In this document: in pieces, positions 1 to 8,805 of the stretch | Position numbering within the stretch: the stretch's first letter is position 1 | Layout of the letters: each line of letters starts with the position of its first letter | Source: Hadesarchaea archaeon | Lineage (GTDB): Archaea > Hadarchaeota > Hadarchaeia > Hadarchaeales > Hadarchaeaceae | Direction: 5' to 3' | Assembly: GCA_003661465.1 (NCBI GenBank) | Contig: QMWE01000001.1 | Span: forward strand, 1-39,771 | DNA: 39,771 nucleotides | The notes under the pieces: generated by a model | Seen by the model: only the letters and a program-made list of their open reading frames with translations | What the model was told of the DNA's origin: nothing | Database searches by the model: none | Program-made: the position numbers and the translations under genes

Positions 1-1192
1 GGTAGTTATCATACATCGTCTTCAACATCTCTATCGCGTATTCCGGAATGAACGGTATTGAAGCCGCAACAGCTGATGGCGCCACCGTACCGTCAAATGT
101 GCTCCGGTACCCGAGATATCCGTTTTTACCATCGTTTGCCGTAAAGCCCCAGAGTGGAGCCCAGCCGTTGTTAGCGCTTTGTTCCAAACAGAACCTGCGA
201 TTGGCCTCAAGGGCCGCTATCCCGTTCTGCCAGTAGTTCGCATATTCATCGTGCTTTTCCCTGAAGTCTATCCAAGCAGCAGGGAACTGATACAGGTAAG
301 CCAAGAAGTCTGTGCTTCCAGCAGGTGAGAGAAATTTGACACCGCCATAATCCGACCATTTATAGCCAATTGCCATGGAATCCCAGCTGCTCTCTGGAAT
401 GGGATGGGTGGGAGACCCAAGCGCCAGGATATACGCTAAAATGTACTCATCATAACCTCTTTTTTCTGGACCGTTGGGTGTGGCTTTTAGCAGATTGTTG
501 CTCGACAAAAGCCAATCCCATTCAACCGCCCGGTACAGTTCGTCCGCGATGCTCTCTATCTGAGTTCCCTTGAAGTGCTGTCCGGCATGAAGAGCTCCCG
601 CCACAAAAATGGCCGTGTCTATCAGAGAAATTTCTGAATTCCACTCCCGAGCTCCCGTCTGAGTGTTTACCCAATGATAGAAGAAACCGTGACTTCCCTC
701 CACGACCAGATCATTTGGGTCATTTGGATCGTCGTAAAAGCTGTTCAGCGTCGTCAGTATTCTATCATAGGCCTCCTCATAAGTTACCCAGCCTCTCTCC
801 TCCGCAACCACTATCGCAGATAGGCCGAACCCAACCGCTGCTATGCTGCTCACGGTGTCATTTGATGCCCTGTCCGGAACTAGTCCTGTATCCGGATCGG
901 TTTCGTCCCAAAAGTATTGAAACGCTGCCTGCTGAACCCGATCCAGAAAATCCCTATCTTCTTGGGAGAGGTCATTCCAAGTAAGCGAAACCCCACCTTC
1001 GTCCGTTCTAAGCTCATCCCATCCCAACGAAAATTCGTAAGACACATAACCTTGGTCAGTTCCCCCTCCTCCACCGTCAGTAGGACCTCCGGGAACCTTC
1101 TCCGGCTGAAATCCATAGTATGCGCTCAAGCCAGCGACCACAACCATCAATGATATCAAAACTGGGATGACCTTCTTCCTCCGGCTTAGCAT
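1..1192 (-). CDS. GH144 / glucoamylase-like (Glycoamylase-DUF3131 type) glycoside hydrolase with N-terminal membrane anchor; partial, 3' end runs off the window
   Basis: Absent from the ORF track because it has no stop inside the window. The reverse frame is open from ATG at 1192 to position 1 (about 397 codons). The translation starts MLSRRKKVIPVLISLMVVVAGLSAYYG (TM anchor), followed by a Gly-rich linker. It then contains FFYHWVNTQTGAREWNSEISLIDTAIFVAGAL and YDEYILAYILALGSPTHPI, motifs I associate with the (alpha/alpha)6 GH144/DUF3131 family. Confidence 0.6.
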   Translation of the reverse strand, partial: MLSRRKKVIPVLISLMVVVAGLSAYYGFQPEKVPGGPTDGGGGGTDQGYVSYEFSLGWDELRTDEGGVSLTWNDLSQEDRDFLDRVQQAAFQYFWDETDPDTGLVPDRASNDTVSSIAAVGFGLSAIVVAEERGWVTYEEAYDRILTTLNSFYDDPNDPNDLVVEGSHGFFYHWVNTQTGAREWNSEISLIDTAIFVAGALHAGQHFKGTQIESIADELYRAVEWDWLLSSNNLLKATPNGPEKRGYDEYILAYILALGSPTHPIPESSWDSMAIGYKWSDYGGVKFLSPAGSTDFLAYLYQFPAAWIDFREKHDEYANYWQNGIAALEANRRFCLEQSANNGWAPLWGFTANDGKNGYLGYRSTFDGTVAPSAVAASIPFIPEYAIEMLKTMYDNY

Positions 1193-1422
1193 CCATCTCC
1201 ATATGACTTCCGTTTTTCCCCGAACTCCGCCACCCATTCCGGTCCCAAACTCAAGATTCATCGTGATTCCATCCTATCATCTCTCGGGTTTAGATGTTAA
1301 AGATTTCTTATTTGAGCAAAACTGTACCTTATTGCTCGATGAAAGGATCTGTTTCAAAAAACCCGGCTGAAGATATGGATGAAAGCCTTTTTATTGAAGC
1401 ATCCAAAGAAAAACTGAGTTCC

Positions 1423-2514
1423 ATGGTGAAGGTGAAACTGGAACACGTGACAAAACGATTCGGTGAAACCGTAGCAGTTAACGACATGAATCTCACCATA
1501 AAGGACAGAGAACTTGCGGTGGTCGTTGGTCCAAGCGGCTGTGGAAAAACCACGACCATCAGATTGATAGCCGGACTCGAGACGGTGGATTCCGGCAAAA
1601 TCTATTTTGACGACGAGGTCATCAATAACCTCCCCATACGAAAGAGGAGGATCGCCATGGTCTTTCAGGATTATGCTCTCTATCCCCACATGACAAACTA
1701 CGATAACATGGCATTTGGTCTGAGAAACTTGGGATACTCTGAACAGGAAATAAAACACAGGATACACAGAGCTGCGTCCATACTGGGTATAGAGCACCTT
1801 CTGAAACGGAAACCCAAACAGCTCAGCGGAGGACAGCAGCAACGTGTGGCCCTGGGGAGGGCGATCGTGAGGGAACCCAAGGTCTTTCTTTGGGATGAAC
1901 CCCTCTCCAACCTGGATGCGAAGATGAGGGTAACGATGAGGGCAGAGCTCAAAAAGCTTCAGAGGCGGTTAAAAACCACGACGATCCACGTCACTCACGA
2001 TCAGCTTGAGGCGATGACGATGGCGGACAGAGTGGTGGTCATGCACCAGGGTTCTGTAAGGCAAGTGGGCACACCGGACCAAATCTACGATCATCCGGCG
2101 GACACGTTTGTAGCTGGGTTTGTCGGGACGCCCCCGATAAACTTCATCAGATGCTCCCTGAACGAGAGAAAGGAAACTTTCGTGCTGGATGCAGGGGAGT
2201 TTCAAATAGAATTACCATCCAAGATGGGAAAAACCATCGTAAAAAGTGTCACCACATCAGAGGTGCTCATAGGAATCAGGCCCGAGGATGTGAAAATTTC
2301 AAGCGGAAAAGCGGATAACCCCATACCCGCAAGGGTTGATGTCGTCGAACCTGTAGGATCCGACAATTTCATCCACTTTAAAGTTGGAAAAGGGGTCATC
2401 GTCGCGAAAACACCGCCGGATGTGAAGATAGATGTGGGTAGCAGGGCGAATATCACGTTCGATGTGAACAAGATACATGTATTCGATGGGGAAACCGAAA
2501 AAGCCGTATTTTGA
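1423..2514 (+). CDS. ABC transporter ATP-binding protein, MalK/UgpC-type sugar-importer ATPase
   Basis: Walker A GPSGCGKTT, ABC signature LSGGQQQRV, Walker B VFLWDEPLSNLD, H-loop IHVTHD and a C-terminal MalK-type regulatory (TOBE-like) domain. The ORF opens at 1294, but the family-typical N-terminus MVKVKLEHVTKRFG begins at ATG 1423. No permease gene is adjacent. Confidence 0.9.
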   Translation: MVKVKLEHVTKRFGETVAVNDMNLTIKDRELAVVVGPSGCGKTTTIRLIAGLETVDSGKIYFDDEVINNLPIRKRRIAMVFQDYALYPHMTNYDNMAFGLRNLGYSEQEIKHRIHRAASILGIEHLLKRKPKQLSGGQQQRVALGRAIVREPKVFLWDEPLSNLDAKMRVTMRAELKKLQRRLKTTTIHVTHDQLEAMTMADRVVVMHQGSVRQVGTPDQIYDHPADTFVAGFVGTPPINFIRCSLNERKETFVLDAGEFQIELPSKMGKTIVKSVTTSEVLIGIRPEDVKISSGKADNPIPARVDVVEPVGSDNFIHFKVGKGVIVAKTPPDVKIDVGSRANITFDVNKIHVFDGETEKAVF

Positions 2515-2529
2515 CGAGTGCCCGGGCTG

Positions 2530-3156
2530 TTAGGATTGCTGTTTTAACAGGTCTTCAACCTCATCCTCCGAAAGCTCCCGGTATCCCCTTTTGTCCACGA
2601 GCGCAACCATTACGTTATCCCCGGTCGCGGCATCTCGCTCAATCGCCGTCTTGATGGACTGCACCGCCAGATTCGCCCCATCGTTCACATTCATCCCATC
2701 CCGGTACTGCTGCTCGAGCACCCCGTACGCGACTGTGGATCCCGTCCCGGCGCTTGCAAATTTTTCCTCTTCCAGCTTCCCTCCAACCGGATCTAAAAAG
2801 TAGAGACGGGGTTCCTCCTCCAATCCTGCTATCACGCCTGCCACGATATATGGAAACATCCTGCGTTCATGGAGAAGGTTCGAGGCCAGCTGCACCAAAC
2901 CCTTTGTGGAAATCGGATGACCACGATTCAAACGGTATAGATTGGCCTCCGCCCTGAGAAGATTCACCAAACTCTGGATATCACCAGAACTACCTGAAAT
3001 CGCCGCCCCTATGCGATCTTCCAATTTGAATATCTTCCTGACCTGTTTGCTCAGCACCAGATAGTGATATGCGCCTCGGGTATCGGACGCCAAAACGACA
3101 CCGTCTTTACAGCGCACCCCAACCACAGTACCCGTGAAACCGTACATCGATATCAC
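2530..3156 (-). CDS. psmB: proteasome subunit beta
   Basis: MISMYGFTG/TVVGVRCKDGVVLASDTRG: a short propeptide followed by a Gly-Thr processing site. Ntn-hydrolase proteasome beta pattern, 208 aa. Confidence 0.9.
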   Translation of the reverse strand: MISMYGFTGTVVGVRCKDGVVLASDTRGAYHYLVLSKQVRKIFKLEDRIGAAISGSSGDIQSLVNLLRAEANLYRLNRGHPISTKGLVQLASNLLHERRMFPYIVAGVIAGLEEEPRLYFLDPVGGKLEEEKFASAGTGSTVAYGVLEQQYRDGMNVNDGANLAVQSIKTAIERDAATGDNVMVALVDKRGYRELSEDEVEDLLKQQS

Positions 3157-3183
3157 TCCTAGTTTATCTTCATATTATTAAAA

Positions 3184-4647
3184 TCATCTCCGGGCCAGAG
3201 CCACGCCCACCGCCGCGAGCGCGAACACCAGTACCACGAACAGAATGAGCGATGTGAAATCATATATCCCTGATGGCTCAGCCGGCTTAGCTGGGGTCTG
3301 AACCGAAACTTTCCCTTTTGCCAAAAAGGTGCCGCTGCCGCCGGAATACGAGCTTTCGTATGAGACGCTGGAGGTGAACACGTGCCTGCTGCTGTACGCG
3401 TTCTCCTTCAACCGAACCTCAAAACTCGTCTGCCATTCATCCCCGCTGGCCAAAAAGCTCTTCTGTCGAGGGGGAGTCATTATCTCAAAATACGATGTGT
3501 CCGTCTCCAATCCGGCCGTCAGATTACTAACTGAATTTTGTCCCAAATTTTTGATCGTGGCCGTCAGCGTCAGCGTGTCGTTCTCGATTACAGGTGATGT
3601 CTGCAGGTCGATGCTCACTAAGACTTGGGGAATTATCGAACCGGAAACTTGGCCTCCCAGCTCCGTTGGCTCGCCGACATAATAGTTCCACCTCTTCTCT
3701 ATGTATCTGGGTGAGTGCCAGACTATCTGTCCATGTTCGTTCACCACATCATCACCGCCTGTCGTCGCCCCGGCGATGTGGGCATAATCGACCTCTCCAA
3801 ATGAACCCACGTGTTGCGGCCAAACGGCATCTGCTGGAACCCAGCCGTAGTTTGGCAGGTAAAAGATCGCCCACGCATGCCCGAGAGTTTGAATATCAGC
3901 GCCCGCCTCCGTGGTGTAGAGGGCGAGATAACCATAACCGGACACTGATTTAGCCGGAATGCCGGCTGCCCGCGCAAGAGCCACAAAGAGATTGGAGAAC
4001 TCCGTACAGTCGCCCTTGCGGGCGTGGTAGCCCCAGAGCGCGCTGTGTTCCGTTGTTTGAGGTTCGTACTCCATATTTTCCAGAAGCCACTCAAATATCC
4101 TCCTCGCTTTGTAATATGGATTCGTCAAAGTTCCTGTGAGCTCCTGTGCCAAGTTCTGAATCTCGGAACTATCGCTCTCATAAAGCCCCTCCACGGGAGT
4201 CGTGTATGCTATGACCTCCGAAGGAAACGTGCTCCCTACCATTTCGGGATCGACCGAGAGCTCCACTGAATTGACCTTCAAAACCTGCACCACCGATATC
4301 GTCACGGATTCTCCCGGATCCAAATCTCCAAGAGAGATGACGGCCCACCGGTTATCCTCCGTCGATGAGATCTGAGGAGACATCGGATTTCCGTCGACTG
4401 TTATTTCCTCATCGATGACCTCCTGATCTGCCCACCCCGAAAGGTTATCAAACAAGACTATCGTTGCACGCGAGTCAAGCGCCACGTGTTGTCCCACATT
4501 CTGAACCACGTAATTTATAGTCACCGTGTAAACAGCTGCTTCCTCACCCTGCGCGTGGGTCTGTGGACTAAATGCAAGCAAGATGCACAGCGCGATGAGG
4601 ATATGCCCGTACGGTCTCATACGGTTCACGTTTGGTCCACATGACAA
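3184..4647 (-). CDS. transglutaminase-like domain surface protein (signal peptide, C-terminal TM anchor)
   Basis: Transglutaminase core GDCTEFSNLFVALARAAGIPAKSVSGYGY ... GHAWAIFYLPNYGWVPADA (Cys-His-Asp triad). N-terminal signal-like MRPYGHILIALCILLAFSPQTHA and C-terminal hydrophobic LILFVVLVFALAAVGVALARR. The start is either TTG 4647 or ATG 4620. Confidence 0.8.
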   Translation of the reverse strand: MSCGPNVNRMRPYGHILIALCILLAFSPQTHAQGEEAAVYTVTINYVVQNVGQHVALDSRATIVLFDNLSGWADQEVIDEEITVDGNPMSPQISSTEDNRWAVISLGDLDPGESVTISVVQVLKVNSVELSVDPEMVGSTFPSEVIAYTTPVEGLYESDSSEIQNLAQELTGTLTNPYYKARRIFEWLLENMEYEPQTTEHSALWGYHARKGDCTEFSNLFVALARAAGIPAKSVSGYGYLALYTTEAGADIQTLGHAWAIFYLPNYGWVPADAVWPQHVGSFGEVDYAHIAGATTGGDDVVNEHGQIVWHSPRYIEKRWNYYVGEPTELGGQVSGSIIPQVLVSIDLQTSPVIENDTLTLTATIKNLGQNSVSNLTAGLETDTSYFEIMTPPRQKSFLASGDEWQTSFEVRLKENAYSSRHVFTSSVSYESSYSGGSGTFLAKGKVSVQTPAKPAEPSGIYDFTSLILFVVLVFALAAVGVALARR

Positions 4648-4676
4648 TATAACCTAGTATCTGGAGATTTCTCCCC

Positions 4677-4683
4677 TTATAAA
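4677..4683. promoter_or_regulatory. TATA-box-like element (TTATAAA) shared by divergent genes
   Basis: This is the only AT-rich TATA-like motif in the 64-nt spacer. It lies about 29 nt upstream of ATG 4712 on the plus strand and about 30 nt upstream of TTG 4647 on the minus strand. That spacing fits leaderless or near-leaderless divergent transcripts. Confidence 0.35.
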
Positions 4684-4711
4684 CCATTTTCACGCAAGAC
4701 CTTCCGGGAAA

Positions 4712-5377
4712 ATGAACGAAAATATTCTCACAAAAGTTGGGCTGGCATGCTCGATCGTGGGCTTGGGGATCCTGTACGTGGGGGCCATATCAGTTCACCC
4801 CCAGCCCACGCCGATCGCCAGCCTTGACAACAGCCTCATCGGAGTCAGAGTGACCATCTCGGGGGAGGTGGTTGACCTGTACGAACACCCCAATGGGCAC
4901 CTCTTTCTGAAGCTCCGAGATGACTCCGGAGAAGTGATCGACGTGCCAATTTTTTCTGGAGTGCGTGCTGGACTAAAATCAATCGAATTTTTAGATGTGG
5001 TAACGGTTTCCGGGGAGGTCTCGACTTACCGAGGCAGGCTGGAGGTCGTCCCTGAGGATGCGGAGGATGTGAAGGTAACACATACGCCTCCAACGAAGCT
5101 GTCAAACATCACCGTAGAGAACTCTGGATATCCCGCGAAGGTACAGGGAACGATCTTGAACCGCAGAGAATTCTCAAACGGGAGCATCCTCCTCACCATC
5201 CATGAAGACGGGAGCGAACTACCTGTCTTCATACCGTGCTGGATCTCGAACGATAAGCTGGCGGAATTGGACGTGGGGAAGACCCTCCGCGCCAGTGGAT
5301 GGCTTCAACTATACAAGGGAAAAATCGAGCTCAAGGTTGTGAGTTCGTCAGGCTTGCATCTCGTAGAGGATGCATAA
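4712..5377 (+). CDS. membrane-anchored protein with two OB-fold (tRNA_anti-like nucleic-acid-binding type) domains
   Basis: N-terminal TM segment VGLACSIVGLGILYVGAISV, followed by two OB-like units: VTISGEVVDLYEHPNGHLFLKLRDDSGEVIDVPIF ... VTVSGEVSTYRGRLEVVP, and AKVQGTILNRREFSNGSILLTIHEDGSELPVFI ... ASGWLQLYKGKIELKV. Confidence 0.65.
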   Translation: MNENILTKVGLACSIVGLGILYVGAISVHPQPTPIASLDNSLIGVRVTISGEVVDLYEHPNGHLFLKLRDDSGEVIDVPIFSGVRAGLKSIEFLDVVTVSGEVSTYRGRLEVVPEDAEDVKVTHTPPTKLSNITVENSGYPAKVQGTILNRREFSNGSILLTIHEDGSELPVFIPCWISNDKLAELDVGKTLRASGWLQLYKGKIELKVVSSSGLHLVEDA

Positions 5378-6619
5378 ATGCTAGATCTGGTTTTGTACGC
5401 GGCGGCGGGTATCTGGCTAGGGACGTTCACGGGGTTGATCCCAGGAATCCACGTAAACAACATTGCCCCGGTGATGGTCGGCTTGGCCGCGGCCTCCGGA
5501 TTACCACCCACAAATCTGGCGACACTGGTCGTGGCAATGATGACGACCCACATATTCGTCAGTTACATCCCCGCTACTTTTCTCGGCGCTCCAGATGTGG
5601 GGACTGAACTCTCTGTACTGCCGGCCCATCGGCTGCTGCTGGAAGGAAGAGGATACGAAGCCATCCGGTTGACAACACTTGGATGTCTAGGGGCCCTGAT
5701 GATCGGCGCTGTGCTCGCCCTGCCCCTTTCATTGGTGTTTTCTCCAGCTTACGAGATCATGAGACCGCACATGCACTGGCTGTTGCTGGTGATAACCGGG
5801 ATCATGATCGCGCTCGAACACTCGTGGCGAAAAATCTTATGGGCTATGACCATCTTTTTGCTCTCAGGCCTTCTGGGTTTGCTAACCCTTGACACAAACC
5901 TGGTACGTGGAGATGTGGCCCTCATGCCCCTTCTAAGCGGACTTTTCGGAGTGAGCGTGCTCATCCCGAGCATCTTTCGCAATACTGGACTTCCAAGACA
6001 AAATGTTGACACTCGAAAACCCATTGAGCTCATCACCGATCTCAAGGCACTGGGTGCCGGAACTGGTGCAGGGGTTTTAACCGGGATCATGCCAGGAATA
6101 GGACCCTCTCAAGGAACAGTCTTAGCCCAGATGGCGACACGATCCGACGGCGCCGAGGCGTTCCTAGTTGGCGTAAGCGCGGTGAACATGGCCAAGTCGC
6201 TTTTCTCATTTGTAGCGCTCTACGCTATTGGGCGACCAAGAAGTGGAGCGGCCGTCGCAGTCGACCAACTCCTCGGGGATGTGGGATTTAATGAGTTGCT
6301 CCTCCTGATCGGCGCTGCACTTATGGCGGGAGGGGTAGCAGCGATTATCCATCTGAAACTGGGAGGACTTGCGGCCCTGCACATAGGAAAAATCCCTTAC
6401 AGAGCGATGTGTCTGATCGTGACGGGAGGGATAATTACAATGACGTTTTTGTATACTGGACCGACTGGCTTGCTCGTATTGGGAACCGCAACTGCGATCG
6501 GAATGCTTCCAGCCGCCACCAATGTCAAAAGAACTCACTGCATGGGGACCATCATGCTACCATGTGTCCTGTACTTCGCGGGAGTGAAAGGGTGGGTATT
6601 GGCCGGACTTGGACTGTAG
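5378..6619 (+). CDS. TctA-family / DUF112 polytopic membrane protein
   Basis: 413 aa and almost entirely hydrophobic. Repeated G-x-(I/M)PG-I motifs (TGLIPGIHVNN, TGIMPGIGPSQG) are typical of the tripartite tricarboxylate transporter TctA/DUF112 family. ATG 5378 directly abuts the TAA (5375-5377) of the upstream OB-fold gene. Confidence 0.7.
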   Translation: MLDLVLYAAAGIWLGTFTGLIPGIHVNNIAPVMVGLAAASGLPPTNLATLVVAMMTTHIFVSYIPATFLGAPDVGTELSVLPAHRLLLEGRGYEAIRLTTLGCLGALMIGAVLALPLSLVFSPAYEIMRPHMHWLLLVITGIMIALEHSWRKILWAMTIFLLSGLLGLLTLDTNLVRGDVALMPLLSGLFGVSVLIPSIFRNTGLPRQNVDTRKPIELITDLKALGAGTGAGVLTGIMPGIGPSQGTVLAQMATRSDGAEAFLVGVSAVNMAKSLFSFVALYAIGRPRSGAAVAVDQLLGDVGFNELLLLIGAALMAGGVAAIIHLKLGGLAALHIGKIPYRAMCLIVTGGIITMTFLYTGPTGLLVLGTATAIGMLPAATNVKRTHCMGTIMLPCVLYFAGVKGWVLAGLGL

Positions 6620-6621
6620 GA

Positions 6622-6981
6622 TCACCTTTTGGATATTCGATACATCAGAAAGCCCGAAACTATCGCTATGATCGCCCCCAGGACGCCGAGCAATATCCTG
6701 CTCACTACATCCACAGGCCTTGTCACTCCCTGATAGACCATGACACAACCGAGCACGAACAAAACCGGCATCAACGTTATGGTTCTATCCCTGAATTTGC
6801 GTTCTAGATGGTCTCCCAAGAGGACGAAGTAGGAGACGGTCAAGATAGCTCCGGCCACGACAAATACTATATCCAATGCTCCACGGGTCGGGTCGAACTT
6901 TGATCCCTCAAGCAAAAGAAACAACCCGACCACAAGCGCGAGAAATGATGCATAAACCCTTGGACTCACCCTCACCCCCAA
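6622..6981 (-). CDS. small integral membrane protein (about 4 TM), unknown function
   Basis: 119-aa ORF with four hydrophobic stretches and no recognisable motif. It is convergent with the DUF112 gene, with a 2-nt gap. Confidence 0.5.
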   Translation of the reverse strand: MGVRVSPRVYASFLALVVGLFLLLEGSKFDPTRGALDIVFVVAGAILTVSYFVLLGDHLERKFRDRTITLMPVLFVLGCVMVYQGVTRPVDVVSRILLGVLGAIIAIVSGFLMYRISKR

Positions 6982-7097
6982 ATTTCATATGGATATGAAT
7001 ATTTAACCCTGTTGAGTTCACCACCGAAAGCTATTTGTCGTCTTTTTTCCTCTCTCAAAGAGAAGCTCACATGGGTACCATTGTTCTCGGTGATCCA

Positions 7098-7769
7098 ATG
7101 AAAATTGTCTCACTTTTAAGTGGGGGCAAAGACTCCATGCATGCCCTGTGGCTGGCAGAAAAGGAAGGGCACACGGTGGAAAATGTGCTCGTGATGGTTC
7201 CAAATAGGGAGGACTCCTGGATGTACCACCGCCCGAACGTTAAACTAATCGACCTTCTTTCCAAATGCATAGGATTTCCCTTCATCAAGGTAGAGACGAG
7301 CGGTATACGCGAGGAGGAGTTGAACGATCTAAAACGAGTACTTGAGAAACTCGAGGTGGATGGAGTGGTAAGCGGCGCGATAGCATCCGTCTACCAGAAA
7401 AGCCGCATTGATCGCATCTGCAATGAGCTTGGACTGAAGTCCATCACGCCGCTCTGGGGGAGGAACCCGCTAGAACTCTTACGTGAATTTCTCGCAGCAG
7501 GGTTTGAAGCGATCGTGACCAAGGTCTCCGCAGAGGGGCTGGACGAAAACTGGTTGGGAAGAAAACTTGACAGCCAGGCGATGCGCGATCTGCTCGAACT
7601 AAATCGCCGGTACGGGGTCCATATAAGCGGAGAAGGTGGAGAATATGAGAGCCTCGTCCTAAATGGGCCGATTTTTAAGAAACGGATCGAGCTTCTAGAA
7701 GTAAAGCGCCTCTGGCATGGGACGAGTGGACACCTTATCATAAAGCAGGCGAAGCTCGCGGAAAGGTGA
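7098..7769 (+). CDS. PP-loop ATP pyrophosphatase of the MJ0570 / diphthine-ammonia ligase (Dph6) family
   Basis: MKIVSLLSGGKDSMHALW carries the SGGKDS PP-loop, and the downstream GEGGEYESLVLNGP motif is typical of DUF71/Dph6. The ORF opens at 7035, but the family N-terminus begins at ATG 7098. Confidence 0.75.
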   Translation: MKIVSLLSGGKDSMHALWLAEKEGHTVENVLVMVPNREDSWMYHRPNVKLIDLLSKCIGFPFIKVETSGIREEELNDLKRVLEKLEVDGVVSGAIASVYQKSRIDRICNELGLKSITPLWGRNPLELLREFLAAGFEAIVTKVSAEGLDENWLGRKLDSQAMRDLLELNRRYGVHISGEGGEYESLVLNGPIFKKRIELLEVKRLWHGTSGHLIIKQAKLAER

Positions 7770-7773
7770 TCGA

Positions 7774-8802
7774 ATGTCGGTCGCGATTGTTTACTCCGAA
7801 AAGTACTTGGAACATGTTCCGGGTCCTGGGCACCCAGAGCGTCCGGATCGTCTCAAAGCCATCGTCGAGGGGTTAAAACGGGCGGGCCTATGGCATGCTC
7901 CGGATGTGGAGATATTCGAGCCAAATCCGGCGATCCGCGAAGAGATCGAACTCGCACATGACCCGGAATACATCACACTGTTTGAGAAGTTGAGCGCGAT
8001 GGAAAGACCGATCGATGCGGACACTCCCGTCCACAAAAACACGTTGGAACTAGCCATGCTCGCGTCTGGAGGGGCTATCATGGCCGGGCGTCTGGTGGTT
8101 TCCGGAGACGTCAGGAGCGCCTTCGCGCTTGTTCGACCTCCAGGGCATCATGCGTCTAGGTCAGAAGGAGGGGGATTCTGCTATTTCAACAACGCGGCGG
8201 TGATGATCAAATACGTGAAAAAGGAATTTAACATTCGGCGAGTGTTCATTCTAGATATCGACGCTCACCATGGCAACGGTACCCAAGACATATTTTACGA
8301 TGACCCAACCGTGCTTTACATGTCCATTCATCAGCATCCCTCCACGCTTTATCCGGGAACGGGGTTCGTGAGCGAGATCGGAAGCGGAGAAGGAAAAGGA
8401 TACAACGTCAACGTGCCGGTGGGGCCTGGAAGCGACGATGCAGATTATGAGGGCATCATGCGTGAAATTTTCCTTCCACTATCCGAACAATTTAGACCTG
8501 AGTTATTTGTGGTATCCGTTGGGTTTGACGCCCACATCGACGATCCGCTGACGAGTCTCCAGCTTTCCACCTCCGCCTACGGTCGGCTGGCCGATTTTGT
8601 GATCCAGCAGGCGGAAAGGATGTGTGAAAGCAGAGTAATTTTCCTGCTCGAAGGGGGCTACGACCTGAATGCCCTCTCGGGAGGTGTGCTCAACATCATG
8701 AAGGTCATGCGAGGAGAAAGATTTTCACCGACGACGGAGCCCAAACATCCCGAAGTGATCGATGAAGTCAAACTTGCTCTATCCGACAAATGGAAGCTGT
8801 GA
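7774..8802 (+). CDS. histone deacetylase-family amidohydrolase (AcuC / acetylpolyamine amidohydrolase type)
   Basis: All catalytic motifs are present: RPPGHHA, DIDAHHGNGTQ, GFDAH and EGGY. Confidence 0.85.
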   Translation: MSVAIVYSEKYLEHVPGPGHPERPDRLKAIVEGLKRAGLWHAPDVEIFEPNPAIREEIELAHDPEYITLFEKLSAMERPIDADTPVHKNTLELAMLASGGAIMAGRLVVSGDVRSAFALVRPPGHHASRSEGGGFCYFNNAAVMIKYVKKEFNIRRVFILDIDAHHGNGTQDIFYDDPTVLYMSIHQHPSTLYPGTGFVSEIGSGEGKGYNVNVPVGPGSDDADYEGIMREIFLPLSEQFRPELFVVSVGFDAHIDDPLTSLQLSTSAYGRLADFVIQQAERMCESRVIFLLEGGYDLNALSGGVLNIMKVMRGERFSPTTEPKHPEVIDEVKLALSDKWKL

Positions 8803-8805
8803 AAA

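Noticed and set aside
2530-3156. Possible inactive proteasome beta subunit, because the N-terminus reads G-TVVG rather than the commoner TTTVG
   Set aside because: A Gly-Thr processing site followed by a Thr1 residue is present, and the downstream Asp and Lys context (ASDTRG, VRKIFKL) looks normal. There is no real evidence of inactivation.
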